Both the position numbers and the translations under genes were made by a program. A stretch of DNA of 63,958 nt, counting the filler, from Chiloscyllium plagiosum (lineage: Eukaryota): NCBI RefSeq assembly GCF_004010195.1. It is 4 parts of 2 records of this genome, joined end to end, with 100 filler letters (N's around TTAATTAATTAA, not from the genome) between each part and the next. Parts side by side here need not be neighbours in the genome. Positions count along the whole stretch, not along the records: positions 23,991 to 55,371 come from NC_057713.1; positions 55,472 to 62,563 come from NC_057713.1; positions 62,664 to 63,958 come from NC_057714.1; 1 more part is not named here. One strand, written 5' to 3'. Every line of letters begins with the position of its first letter. Position 1 is the first letter of the stretch. Shown here piece by piece: positions 51,652 to 62,726 of the stretch. The notes under the pieces are model-generated. The model was not told where the DNA came from, searched no databases, and saw only the letters and a program-made list of their open reading frames with translations.

Positions 51652-53449
51652 AACTTGTCTATCAATTCTTGCACCTCTTTTACAACTGCATTGTTTACCT
51701 TATATTATCTGTCTTCCACACACTTTATTTCTTCATTAAATTTCACCTGCCATTGTGATCACCTATACATTTAGACTGTTCACACCTTACTGCAGTCTAT
51801 TACTCCAAACTGCACGACTTCTGCAAATGTTGAAATCATGTCATGTACTCCAAAGACCAAGTCACTTAAGCATATTAAAAACGTCAATAGTTCAAGTAAT
51901 TAACCCTAAGAAACACCAGTAAGTTCCTACCTCCAGTGTGAAAAACAGCTACTCACCAAAACTCTCTGGGAGAAATCTTATAAGGATCTATGTGACATAG
52001 GTTATGGTAATATGAGTGCTAATATGTTAATTTTTGCTACCCAACACTAACGTGCCTTCACATCATCCATGTCAATCCATTTCTACCACTTACCTCAATG
52101 GACTTTCAAATCTGCCATGTGAACTCATTGCACTTCTGCATTCATACACCCAGTACATAATCTGCTCAGAACTGATGAACCTGAAGTAAAAATGGCATTT
52201 GTCTAAAAGCTTAATTTAAAAAAAAATTATAACTGTTTTACATAGCCACTGGGACTACAGCCATACAAAAGTAAAATTGTCCCACCTCAGTAAACGTATA
52301 AACAAGATTCTGAGCAAACTTCTGAAAAGTCTTGGGCAGCATAAATACATCTTTCAAAGTAAAACAACAAAGGCAGCAGAACGATGCATTTTGTTCACAT
52401 TTTATTTTACTCAAGTATAAGAGATGGTAAGGCGCGATGTAGACAAAAGCATATGTAACCTGAACAGATGTTTTATTAGTTTGACTCTGAAGCTGTAACC
52501 AGAAAAACACCCCCCAAAAATGGTCTGAAATGCCAGTGGATAAGCCAAGAGATTTGTCACAGCGTAATGTATGCTACAGACACTCAAGTACTGGTTACTG
52601 ATACATTTATAATCATAATGGCTTCAATCCTATTGTCCTATGAATCGTTTCTGGACTGACACAAAATGTGAAAGTTTATTTGGAACAGATGCTGTGCTCT
52701 TAGCATCAAGGAAAGATGGTGGGAACTTTACAGAGTAAAATAACACACTCAGTTCCTGTCATACTTTATTGATAACACCCCTGCTGTTACAAACAGTATA
52801 TCCTCTGACTCACTGTGCACATCACCATAGGCGATCTGTGGGTAAAGTAAAAAGGTCCAATATGAAGAATAAAAGCAGAAAATGTTGGAATGCTCAGTAG
52901 TTCTAACAGCATCTGAGGAGACAGAAACAATTTTCATGTTTCAAATCTGTGACCATACATAAGGAAATATTAGAAATTATAAATGCTGTCTCCTCCACAC
53001 TTCACGTCAGCTCTGATGAAGAGTCAGAGATGCTGTGATCTCCAGCATTTTTTGTTTTCAATACAGATTCCAGCATCTGCAGTAATTTGCTCCTATGAAG
53101 TGATAGGTATTGGGAGAAAAATGGAGAATGGGAAGACGTACAAAAGGTATATCTGTGCTAGGCTGAAGGGCAGAAGAAATTTCAAATCACTAAATTCTTT
53201 ATAGTGCAAGGCCCAAGAGAATGGAAAGGTGGACAAGTTGAGAAACAAAAGATGTGTCACGAGGAAGTCTGGAAAGCTGCAGTTCAAAGATGTCTTAAGG
53301 GAGAAAAGAGAGATAAAAGCAAACAACAAAGAAACACAAAGTATAACGGGGTCAGAGGTTTGCACTGGAAATTCTTGATCTTAATACTTAATCCAGAAAA
53401 GCTGCCAAATTTGCAGACATTAGATGAGGTCTATCAGAAATTCAATGCA

Positions 53450-54349
53450 TGAAGCCGAACATTGAACAAAGAATTTTCCAGAATTGGAGAAGTTTATCCA
53501 TTTTGCTTCCAATTTTCACCGAGCTCTCGCCTTCACTTGGTGCATCTCTGACTCATTTCCCTTCCTTGACATTTCTGTTTCCATTTCTGGGGATATATTG
53601 GCCACCAATATCTACTACAAACCCGTCACTACCACAGTTATCTTGACATCCTCACACCTGGTTTCCTGTAAAAACTCTATTCCATCCTGCTGGTTCCTCT
53701 GTCTCAGTTGCATCAGTTCTGATGATGCCAACTTCCACAAGGGGGCCTCTTCCTCAACTGAGGATTCCCCAGAACCATAACTGATAGGGCCTTCAGCATG
53801 GTCTGACACCTCTCCCGCACTTTGGCCCTCACCCCTTCTCTTCCCTCCCACAACAGTGATAGGGTCCTCCTTGTCCTCACCTACCATCTCATGAGTATCC
53901 ACATCCATAGGATTCATAGCTGCCATTTCTGGCACCACCGGCGGATGCTACCACCAAACACACATTCCCCTCCCCTCCCCTTGTCAGCCTTTTGCTGAAA
54001 CCATTCCCACTAGGACACCCTTGTCCTTTCCTCTTTCACTCCCAACATAAAACCAAAGCCCCATGGCACTTGCCCCTGAAACTGCAGAAGGTGTAACACC
54101 TGTCTGTTTACTTGCTCCCTCCTCAGTATCCAAGGCCCCAGATAGACCTTCCAGATGAAGCAATGCTTTACCTGCACTTTACTCAATCCAGCTTAATAGA
54201 GAAAATGAGGACTGCATATGCTAGAGATCATAGTTGAGAGTGTAGTGCTGGAAAAGTACAGCAGGTCAGGCAGCATGCTTTGCTGCTCACAATGTGATCT
54301 CCTCTACACTGGGAAAACAAAGCACAGACTGGGTAACTGCTTTGCAGAA
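53450..54349 (+). mobile_element. Degraded Penelope-like RT / GIY-YIG fragment
   Basis: EKFIHFASNFHRALAFTWCISDSFPFLDISVSI...TNIYYKP, and the GIY-YIG-like CSQCDLLYTGKTKHRLGNCFAE. Confidence 0.85.
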
Positions 54350-55371
54350 TTTTTTTTTAATTTCAAAATATACTTTATTCATAGAAATAAATCTTTGGTA
54401 CTTGTACAATTTGTCATGTCGTTCATAGATATATACATTGCATGTCTTAACATTACAAAGAACAGATTGAATTACTCGAATTTACAGTTATCCTATTTAC
54501 AGTTCCCTTTATTAACCATCCAGTCTCTTGCTATTTAGCTGTGGCTTCAGCAGGACCCACCTACTGAGTGGGTGCCCTGTTATACTATAGCAAATGCACC
54601 TTTTTTAATCCCTGTTTATGGGGTTACTGTTGTCCATTTGATTGTCCTGTCTCTGGGGAAGCTGTCTGCATCCCCATGGTGAGCACAAACTGCTGGACCC
54701 TCGCTGGGCTGAGGTAGCTATCCAGGCTCTCACTGTGGTCATTTACCTTCTCTGGAGTCATTGAGCCAAGGCAAGGGTCCGCACCATCCAGTTCTGTGCC
54801 TGACAATGGGACTGTCAGAGGATCACAGCTCTCAGTTGTCTGTGGTTGTGGGGCAGTGGGTACCCCCTGGTTCTCACTGGGTGGAGGATGGACTTTGGGG
54901 GGTCCGTTGTTTCCTGATTGGGAGGAAATGCCCTCCTCTTTATCTACGGCGCACTGTCGCTTCTTCTGGTGGTGATGACATTCTGTGCGCCCGTCTTCCC
55001 CATCCGAAGAGCTGGCGGTCCCTCCCTCGTGCAGCTGTCTTTTCCCCCTTTGCTGGGAGGCTTTGGGGGCCTGGCCGGATTTTCTCTTCCTGTTTTAAAC
55101 AGGTATCCACTCCTCTGTCTGCTCGATTACCTTCTCCTCCATTGCTTCCATCTGCCCAGCTAGAGCGAGGATCAGCTGCTGTGTCTCTCCGCTGGCTGCC
55201 ACCTCCTCCACTCCGGCCTGGTCTTCTTTCTGGGTGCCACCAGACTCTGTTTCCCTGCTGTCTGGGTGCACATTACTGGTCTTTGGGGGTCCACGGCTCA
55301 CATTGCCACCTCCAGCCATCTGTGCGTAAGTGGGGACCCCTCGTTTTGGGCAGGTCTTGTACATGTGGCCC
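54350..55371 (-). mobile_element. L1/Tx1-like element with ORF1 C-terminus, 3' UTR and poly(A), no ORF2
   Basis: GHMYKTCPKRG (end of a CCHC knuckle), low-complexity ORF1 tail to a stop at 54624, AATAAA at 54374-54379 (-) and a poly(A) at 54350-54358. Confidence 0.7.
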
Positions 55372-55471
55372 NNNNNNNNNNNNNNNNNNNNNNNNNNNNN
55401 NNNNNNNNNNNNNNNTTAATTAATTAANNNNNNNNNNNNNNNNNNNNNNNNNNNNNNNNNNNNNNNNNNNN
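55372..55471. other. Assembly gap with TTAATTAATTAA linker
   Basis: 44 N + linker + 44 N. Confidence 0.99.
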
Positions 55472-55990
55472 AGAGCATCGTCAACCACATCTGAGAGGAA
55501 ATTGCGGTCTTTGAAGAAGGAGGCCATCTGGGTTGTTCGGTATTGGAATTAGTCCTCCTGGGAGCAGATGTGGCGGAGGTGAAGGAATTAGGAATATGGG
55601 ATGGCGTTTTTACAGGGGGCAGGGTGGGAGGAGATGTAATCTAGATAGCTGTGGGAGTCGGTCAGTTTATAGTACATGTCCGTGTCGAGTCGGTCGCCCG
55701 AGATAGAGATGGAGAGGTCTAGGAAGGGGAGGGAGGAGTCTGAGATGGTCCAGGTGAATTTGAGGTCGGGGTGGAAGGTGTTAGTAAAGTGGATGAACTG
55801 TTCAACCTCCTCGTGGGAGCACGAGGTAGCGCCGATACAGTCGTCGATGTAGCGGAGGAAAAGGTGGGGGCTGGTCCAGTGTAGCTGCGGAAGATGGACT
55901 GTTCCACATATCCGACGAAGAGGCAGGCTTAGCTGGGACCCATGCAGGTGCCCATGGCTACTCCTTTGGTTTGGAGGAAGTGGGAGCATT
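55472..55990 (-). mobile_element. Penelope-like reverse transcriptase core
   Basis: QTKGVAMGT.MGPS, LRYIDDCIG, LPFLDL and YYKLTDSHSYLDY.SSHP. Confidence 0.95.
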
Positions 55991-56230
55991 TGCTCCCAGT
56001 CCTCACTTTCTCCTAATTCCTAACATGAGGCATATCAAAAAGAGGTGAGATGTTTTTAAAGAAAAAGTAATTTTGTTATTAACTCATCTCTGGGGATATA
56101 AATAATTAAAGACTGTAGGAGAATTGGAGGATGAAAACCTGTGTCTAAGGATGCCTCTCGTCATTTTACTGGGAAAGAGGCTGTGAAAAGTGAAGCCAGA
56201 TAGTGTTAAGGGTGAATTGTGTAATAGCAG

Positions 56231-56795
56231 TTAAAAAAATCATGCAACACCAGGTTATAGACCAATAGGTTTATTTGAAAGTACAAGCTTTCGGAACACT
56301 GCTCCTTCGTCAGGTAGCTAGTGGGGCAGGTACATAGGACACAAAATTTATAAATGAAAGATCAAAGTGTCATACAATTGATGCAATGTATTAGACAAAT
56401 CTCGATGGCAGTATGACTCCATGTTGGGATATAGACAGACTCTAACCTCATACCTTTAATGCGCTGTCTGAGCTGAGATTTTTTTTATTTTTAATATACT
56501 GATAAAACCTTAAGTTATCTTGGGGCTGTAACTTGAAATTCTGGGATTTACATATTAATCAATCAAAACCAGTATCCCTGTTCTAAGTGATTTGTCTAAT
56601 ACATCACATCAGTTATATGACACTTTGACCTTTTACTTATAAATTCTGTGTCCTATGTATTCTGCCCAAAGAGCTACCTGATGAAGGAGCAGCCCTCCAA
56701 AAGCTTGTAATTTCAAATAAACCTGTTGGACTATAACCTGTGTCATGTGATTTTTAACTTGTCCACCCCAGTCCAACATGCACCTTCACTTCATC
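56231..56795. mobile_element. Penelope-derived element with long inverted arms
   Basis: Arms at about 56231-56400 and 56590-56758. Imperfect TSD tgtaatagcag (56220-56230) / tataacagcag (56796-56806). Confidence 0.8.
56282..56316 (-). ncRNA. Putative minimal hammerhead ribozyme, intact core
   Basis: UAC-CUGACGA-A-GGAGC-AGU-GUUCC-GAAA-GC-UU-GUA: 3-bp helix I, 5-bp helix II and palindromic AGCU as helix III. Confidence 0.6.
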
Positions 56796-57499
56796 TATAA
56801 CAGCAGAAGAAGCAGGATACATTATAGGGTTAAGGGATAGGGGATGCGATGAAAGTGATTAATAGGAGGGAAGTATGAACCTTTTGAGAGAAGGATAAAG
56901 TTGGAGCTATGAAAGGATATATTTTACCTGCACCCCCATTCTAAAGGTAGCCTGAAATCGTTGGTGGCTCATTCCCCCGCTACGCTATGCCATGTCGCCT
57001 GCCATCTAAAAGAAAAGAAAAAGCCAGAAAGGGAAGGAAGAAAAAGAATGAGAGAGAAGCAGGAGAGGATGATAAAGAAAGAAATGAACAGGAGAGAAGA
57101 GGCCGAGAAAAGAAAAATCACAAAGACAGGGTAAGAGAGAGCTCATTTTCTGTTATTTAAAGTTTACAATTTCAAAGAAGATCAAGAAAACTATGGCAGA
57201 TGAAGTTTTAATGGGAGACATTGTGAGGCTGTCCACTTTGGACTTGAGGAAGAAACATAGGATTATATTTTACATGACAGGAAACTAGTAACTCTGGAGG
57301 ACAAAAGCAATTTAGCAGTCCATGTGCAGAACTCACATGAAAGCAATTACTAACTGTAATTTAAAAGGCTAATTTTTTTTGTAACTTATTGGATATGAGC
57401 TTCACCATTATTTTGCCTATTTCTAATTGCTCGTGGGAAAACAGTGTTGAGTGTTGGTGTTTAATTTGAGGCTGGAATACAAAAATTTTAAAGTTAAAG

Positions 57500-57890
57500 A
57501 CAAGAACTTTATACATTCCTGCATTATGGGAAATATGGTATGTGGGCGATCGAATGAGCTGGGATGCAAAATGTGAGCAATTGTGTCTGAAGTCTGGTTT
57601 TCCTTGACAAACTGTATGGCACGGGAAAGAGAGCAGGAAAATGTAACTTTGCATGGATATTTGGAACTGGTAATAATGAGTCAGTGTTGAAGGTTGAGGG
57701 GGGAATATGGAATGATATTGAAGACGTGGGATCCAAGGAAGGACAGAATGTGGAGTCAGGCACGTGAAGCAGCGAATGAGGACTCTAAGGGAGGACAAAA
57801 GATGGTATCGGGATATACAGGAGTAAAGCATGAAAGGCCTGATGCCTTGAAAGAGGTAGGAGGGTTTGATGGGTGGAGTCAGTCAAGGTA
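57500..57890 (-). mobile_element. Old L2-like LINE remnant
   Basis: Minus-strand CPSLDP-like linker segment with L2-like composition. Confidence 0.35.
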
Positions 57891-57909
57891 AGAAAACAAT
57901 GGGCCTAAA

Positions 57910-58154
57910 TAGTACTGTCCAAACGAGGGTCCCTCTTTGGATGTTAGTTGGCAGAGCCTTTAAATGAGTCGACTACAACATTTCAGCTATCCCAGTGAGA
58001 GTGATTATGGATAATTTCCTTTTTAATGCATAAGAGGGAGAACTAAGGAAATAGTGCATGAACATCTCACTCGGACAGCTGAAATGCTGTAGTTGACTCA
58101 CTAAAGGCACTGTCAACTAACATTCCAAGAGGGACCCTCGTTTGGACAGTACTA
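57910..58154. mobile_element. Palindromic MITE-like hairpin element
   Basis: Terminal tagtactgtccaaacgagggtccctctt and its exact reverse complement, with imperfect arms of about 110 bp. Flanked by taaa on both sides (or a TA TSD). Confidence 0.75.
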
Positions 58155-58779
58155 TAAATTCAGCCATGCCCCCACAATGTGGTGAGCACAATACAGGACA
58201 CTAACAAGGACCAATCAATAAAGAGTGAACAAATGAAATACACGTTGTTTCTCCCACAATAAATGAAATGTTCTAAATAGCCTGTAACCTCATTGTCTGC
58301 CAAAGAGGCAGGCCAGTTCATTTAAATCTCTGACTATGCTAGTCTGCGCAATTAACACCAATAAACAGAAGTAAAATAAAACTAATATAATGTGAAATAT
58401 TTACAAATGGAATTTAAAGTTGACTCTTAACTGCCCTCTGGCAGTAGGGGCTGGCCTAACTAGCGATACCTACATCCCATGAATGAATAAAAGTAAGACC
58501 TACTTGAATGATGGGAACGGTCTTAACTTTATGAATTTTCTACTTATGTTCTATGTTCCTTTTGACTAGCAATATAAAATCAAAATATGCATTCAGTATG
58601 TTGCATCTGTATATAGTTTCTGTTTTCACCGTTTGACTTCCTGTTCTCAGTACTGTTTGTGGAAATCTTTCCCCTTTTATAATGGAGTCAGGGCTGCAGA
58701 AGAAATTTGAGTTATATATCAATTCCGTTACTGCCTTGTTTTTGTTTGATTGCTTCTTGGTGGGTATTGGAAAGCAAGT

Positions 58780-59745
58780 ACATTTAGTTAATCAGGTGGT
58801 GGGATTTTTTAACTGGGTAGGTATAAAGAGACAACAAATGAGACTTGAGTGTAGAAGGGATTGTAGGACTGAACAGTTCACGAACTTTATCCACAAAGAA
58901 AGGTGTCTTGATTTTCAGACTCACTGACTGACTTTGACTTTGATCCAGATTGACATTGGTAGCACAGGATAGTTGCCTAAAGGTGAAGATTGGAAAGTAA
59001 GAGTTCTTTTCTGACAGCAGATTGCAATTGGAGCTATTTTGGAGAAGAATGGCTAAAATGAAGCATAGGAAGCCAGGATACAAATTCCCACCAGTTGTTT
59101 GTGGAGCTGAACCGTATGGTAAATGGAAAATTAAAGTGAGTATATGAACATAGGTTTGGCCTTGGTGCTGTCATTGCTGACTAGAAACAATATCATATGT
59201 CAAATATTCGTAGCGTTAGGGTCTCAACAGTTAGACTCTGAAGAAGGTTTGGAAATTCTACTAAATATTATGGACAAAGTTTATATAAAAATATGACGTA
59301 TTAAATGCACACAGGGCTGGTTAGACTTTGATAAGTTTAGAAAGAGAATGGGTGTTCTGCAGAAAAATGTACAATGGCATTTAATAGATTCAAAATTATG
59401 AATGACATAAAGGCTCAGAATGAGAAAGTGATGATCAAGCCGAGGGAATTGTACTAGTTACAGGAGGCTTCAGACCAGAAATGAATGTTTTAGTCACAGA
59501 CTCATTCAATTGCAATGGAAAAATTATTTGAAAGTCAATGGATTACAGTTTACACAATCAGGACATTATTGTATTCCTTCTAATAATACATAATTTCTAA
59601 AAGCTGAAATATTAGGCAGGTGTTATTGGTATCAGGCGGTGGAAGTTTAAATGTTGAAAGGAAAAATGATTAATTGGATTAAAAAAGGACGAATTATCTT
59701 ACAACTGTATTGGCAATTTGTCCATCTATCTCTTGCAGGTTAAAA
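58780..59745 (+). mobile_element. Second GalEa-like copia fossil: LTR end, PBS, gag, partial pol
   Basis: LTR-like end ...tgaca at 58955, then PBS. ATG at 59049 opens MAKMKHRKPGYKFPPV..EPYGKWK. Also LDSEEGLEILLNIMDKVY, LDFDKFRK, LQFTQSGHYCIP (59543-59578) and LQLYWQFVHL. Confidence 0.85.
58957..58974 (+). promoter_or_regulatory. Primer binding site for initiator tRNA-Met
   Basis: tggtagcacaggatagtt matches 16/18 of TGGTAGCAGAGGATGGTT, the complement of the vertebrate tRNA-iMet 3' end. Confidence 0.85.
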
Positions 59746-60275
59746 ATTGCCCAGATATGTTCTATACACAAAAAGAAAGACAAATCCAATCTGGCGAATT
59801 ACTGCCCCATCAGTCTACTCTCAATCATCAGTAAGTGATGGAAGGTGTCATCAGCACAGCTATCAAGCAGTAACTGCTCAGCAATAAGCTGCACACTGAT
59901 GCCCAGTTTGGGTTCCGCCAGGGTCATTCAGCTCCTGACCTTATTACAGTCTTGGTTCAAACATAGTCAAAAGATCTGAATTCCAGAGGTGAGGTGAGAC
60001 TAACTGCCCTTAACATCAAGACCACATTTGACTGAGTATGGCATCAAGGAGCAGTGGAAAAACCAGCATGAGTGAGAATCATGGGAAAATCTTTGCTGGT
60101 TGGAATCATATCTGCCATATAGGAAGATGGTAGTGGTTGATTAAGGTCAGACATTTCAGCTTCAGAACATCTCTGCAAAAGTTCCTCAGGGTAATGTCCT
60201 AGGCCCAGTCATCCTGAGGTATTTCATCAATGATCTCCCCTTATCGTGAGTTAAGAAATGGTGATGTGCAATCAT
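59745..60275 (+). mobile_element. LINE RT fragment (CR1-group, second family)
   Basis: KKKDKSNLANYCPISLLSIISK, QFGFRQGHS and VPQGNVLGP. Confidence 0.88.
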
Positions 60276-60279
60276 CATG

Positions 60280-60385
60280 GTCTCACCTGGTTCTTTTTAT
60301 GAGAGGTGGTAAATGGGGTCCAAATTGATGTGTCTGTTGATGGAGTTCCTGTTTGAATGCCAGGCCTCTAGAATTCCTAGAAGAA
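60280..60385 (-). mobile_element. Penelope GIY-YIG C-terminal fragment
   Basis: ILEAWHSNRNSINRHINLDPIY. Confidence 0.7.
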
Positions 60386-60627
60386 ATTTCTAGAAGGTCT
60401 GGACCCACCATCCCTTTACCCAATTCCAGTAAATGACTAGGGGCCGGGCGGATGTGGGGTTTGGGTGCCGGGGTCTGGGCATGTTCACTTGGAGAGGGAG
60501 AGGGAGGTCCTCGCTGGAGCAGACAAAGGTGGCGAGCCAGTGCCAGCGGATATGATCCAGATCAGAGGGGGAGACCACCCTCTCAGTGAGGGGGGGATTT
60601 CTTCAGGAAGGAGACATACCACAAAAC

Positions 60628-62063
60628 TAAGGACTGGTCTGTCACTGTATAACATAGTTCTGGTGGGGCAGGTCTGTGACAATATAACATGGGTACTGTA
60701 TTGGTGGGACAGGTCTGTCAAGACATAACACTGTGATAGAGCACTGCTGAGGCACACCTGTCACTGAATAACACTGGGCTGCAGCACTGATGGGGGCAGA
60801 TCTGATACTATAGCCATGGGTGGTGGTCTTTCTTTCCTAAGGTCCTTACGAACTTAATGCAACTACATACACCATCTTCTGTGAACAACAATCAAATTTA
60901 TTAAGCACAGTACAGAACAAGCTTTTGAGAATCCCTGAACACTCCTCACCATTCTTGCGAGTCATGTCCAGGGGTCTCTCTCTGGAGGAACCTTTGACCC
61001 ACACCTTGCAGGGTTTACGAGGTTGTGGCAAAGGCTCTCCCTGAACAAAGGAAACAGTCCTTCCTTTATACAAAATTTTTACATCACAACCTCCAGTCAT
61101 TCCCTCACAGTCACATGCCACTCAAGATGCAATGCAGTGACTATCCCAATTCCAGAAACAATGTAATGCAAATCATCCCTTAATCGTCAATTTTTTTTTT
61201 GTGTAACTATAGGGGAGTAGTCAAATTCCAACTGTAATGTTCTTATTGATTTCTGGATGAAAATGTAAATCATCCCTGAATGGCAAGGAAATGGCCATGT
61301 AAACCTCCTACAATCCACCTAAAAGACAACAACGCAGCACCCTACACCGGGGGCATTCAAATTCTTGCAGGTCAGCAGAGCAGATTAACTCTTTAATGTC
61401 TCATAGGGTACAGCACCTGTGGGAACAGGCTTGTAACTATAACATTGGAATTCAGTACTGGTGAGGACAAGTTTGCCACGATATAACACTGTTGGTGACA
61501 ACTCTGACACTATAGCACTGGGGTACAGTAAAGGGGATGGATCTACCAGTGTATATCAATGGGGTACAGTATTGGAGTACACTACCCTGTCACTGTGTAA
61601 CACTTGAGTACAGTAGTAATGGGAACGGGACTTTCACTGAATAACACTGAGGTATAGACCAATTATAACACTGCCAATTTATAACACTGGGTACAGTGCA
61701 GGTGGAGACAACTGTATCACAGACTGACAATGTAGTACATTGAGGTGGGATCAGGTCTGTGACTGAGTAACACTGGGGTACAGGACTGTTGGGGAACCGA
61801 TCTCTCCCTATATAACACTGGAGTACAGTTCTGGTGGTCTGTGACGATATAACATGGGTACTATATTGGTGGGGCAAGTCTGTCACTACATATCACTGGG
61901 ATAGAGCAGTGCTGAGGCATGTTTGTCACTATATAACACTGGGCTGTAGTACTGATGGGGACAGATTTGTCAATGTATGACACTGGTACAGTACAGTTAG
62001 GGACAGGTTTGTCACTTTGGAACACTGGGTTCCAGTACTAATGTGGACAGGACCGTCACTGTA
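60628..62063 (+). repeat. Degenerate minisatellite of about 42 bp, interrupted at about 60820-61420
   Basis: Recurrent ctgtcactgtataacactggggtacagtactggtggggacaggt variants. Confidence 0.85.
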
Positions 62064-62064
62064 T

Positions 62065-62563
62065 AGAACATATAGAACATAAAACATTACAGTGCAGTAC
62101 AGGCCCTTCGGTCCTCGATGTTGCGCCGACCTGTCTTACCAATCTGAAGCAATTTTAACCTACAATATTCCACGTCCGTCCATATGCTTGTCCAATGACG
62201 ACTTAAATGTACTTCATGTTGGCAAATCTACTACCGTTGCAGGCAAAGCATTCCGTATCCTTACCACTCTCTAGTAAAGAAACTACCTCTGACATCTGTC
62301 CTATATCTATCACCCCTCAATTTAAAGCTATGCCCTCCCGTGCTCACCGTCACCACAGTTGGAAAAAGGCTCTCCCTGTCCACCCTATCTAACCCTCTGA
62401 TTATCTTATATGTCTCTATTAAGTCATCTCTCAACCTTCTTCTGTCTAACGAAAACAGTCTGAAGTCCCTCAGCCTTTCCTCGTAAGTCCTTCCCTCCAT
62501 ACCAGGCAACATCCTAGTAAATCTCCTCTGTACCCTTTCCAAAGCTTCCACATCCTCCTGATA
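62065..62563 (-). mobile_element. CR1/HER1 LINE 3' end
   Basis: EALERVQRRFTRMLPG...SLDRRRLRDDL and a (atgttct)-like tail. Confidence 0.95.
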
Positions 62564-62663
62564 NNNNNNNNNNNNNNNNNNNNNNNNNNNNNNNNNNNNN
62601 NNNNNNNTTAATTAATTAANNNNNNNNNNNNNNNNNNNNNNNNNNNNNNNNNNNNNNNNNNNN
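62564..62663. other. Assembly gap with TTAATTAATTAA linker
   Basis: 44 N + linker + 44 N. Confidence 0.99.
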
Positions 62664-62726
62664 GGACTTGTTGGGCCGAAGGGCCTGTTTCCACACTGTA
62701 ATGTAATCTAATGTAATGTAATCTAA
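62664..62726 (+). mobile_element. HE1 SINE 3' end
   Basis: ggacttgttgggccgaagggcctgtttccacactg followed by taatg/taatc repeats. Confidence 0.85.

Noticed and set aside
60628..62063. Regularly spaced repeats as a CRISPR-like array
   Set aside because: The units are contiguous degenerate copies without unique spacers, in a eukaryotic context with no cas genes.
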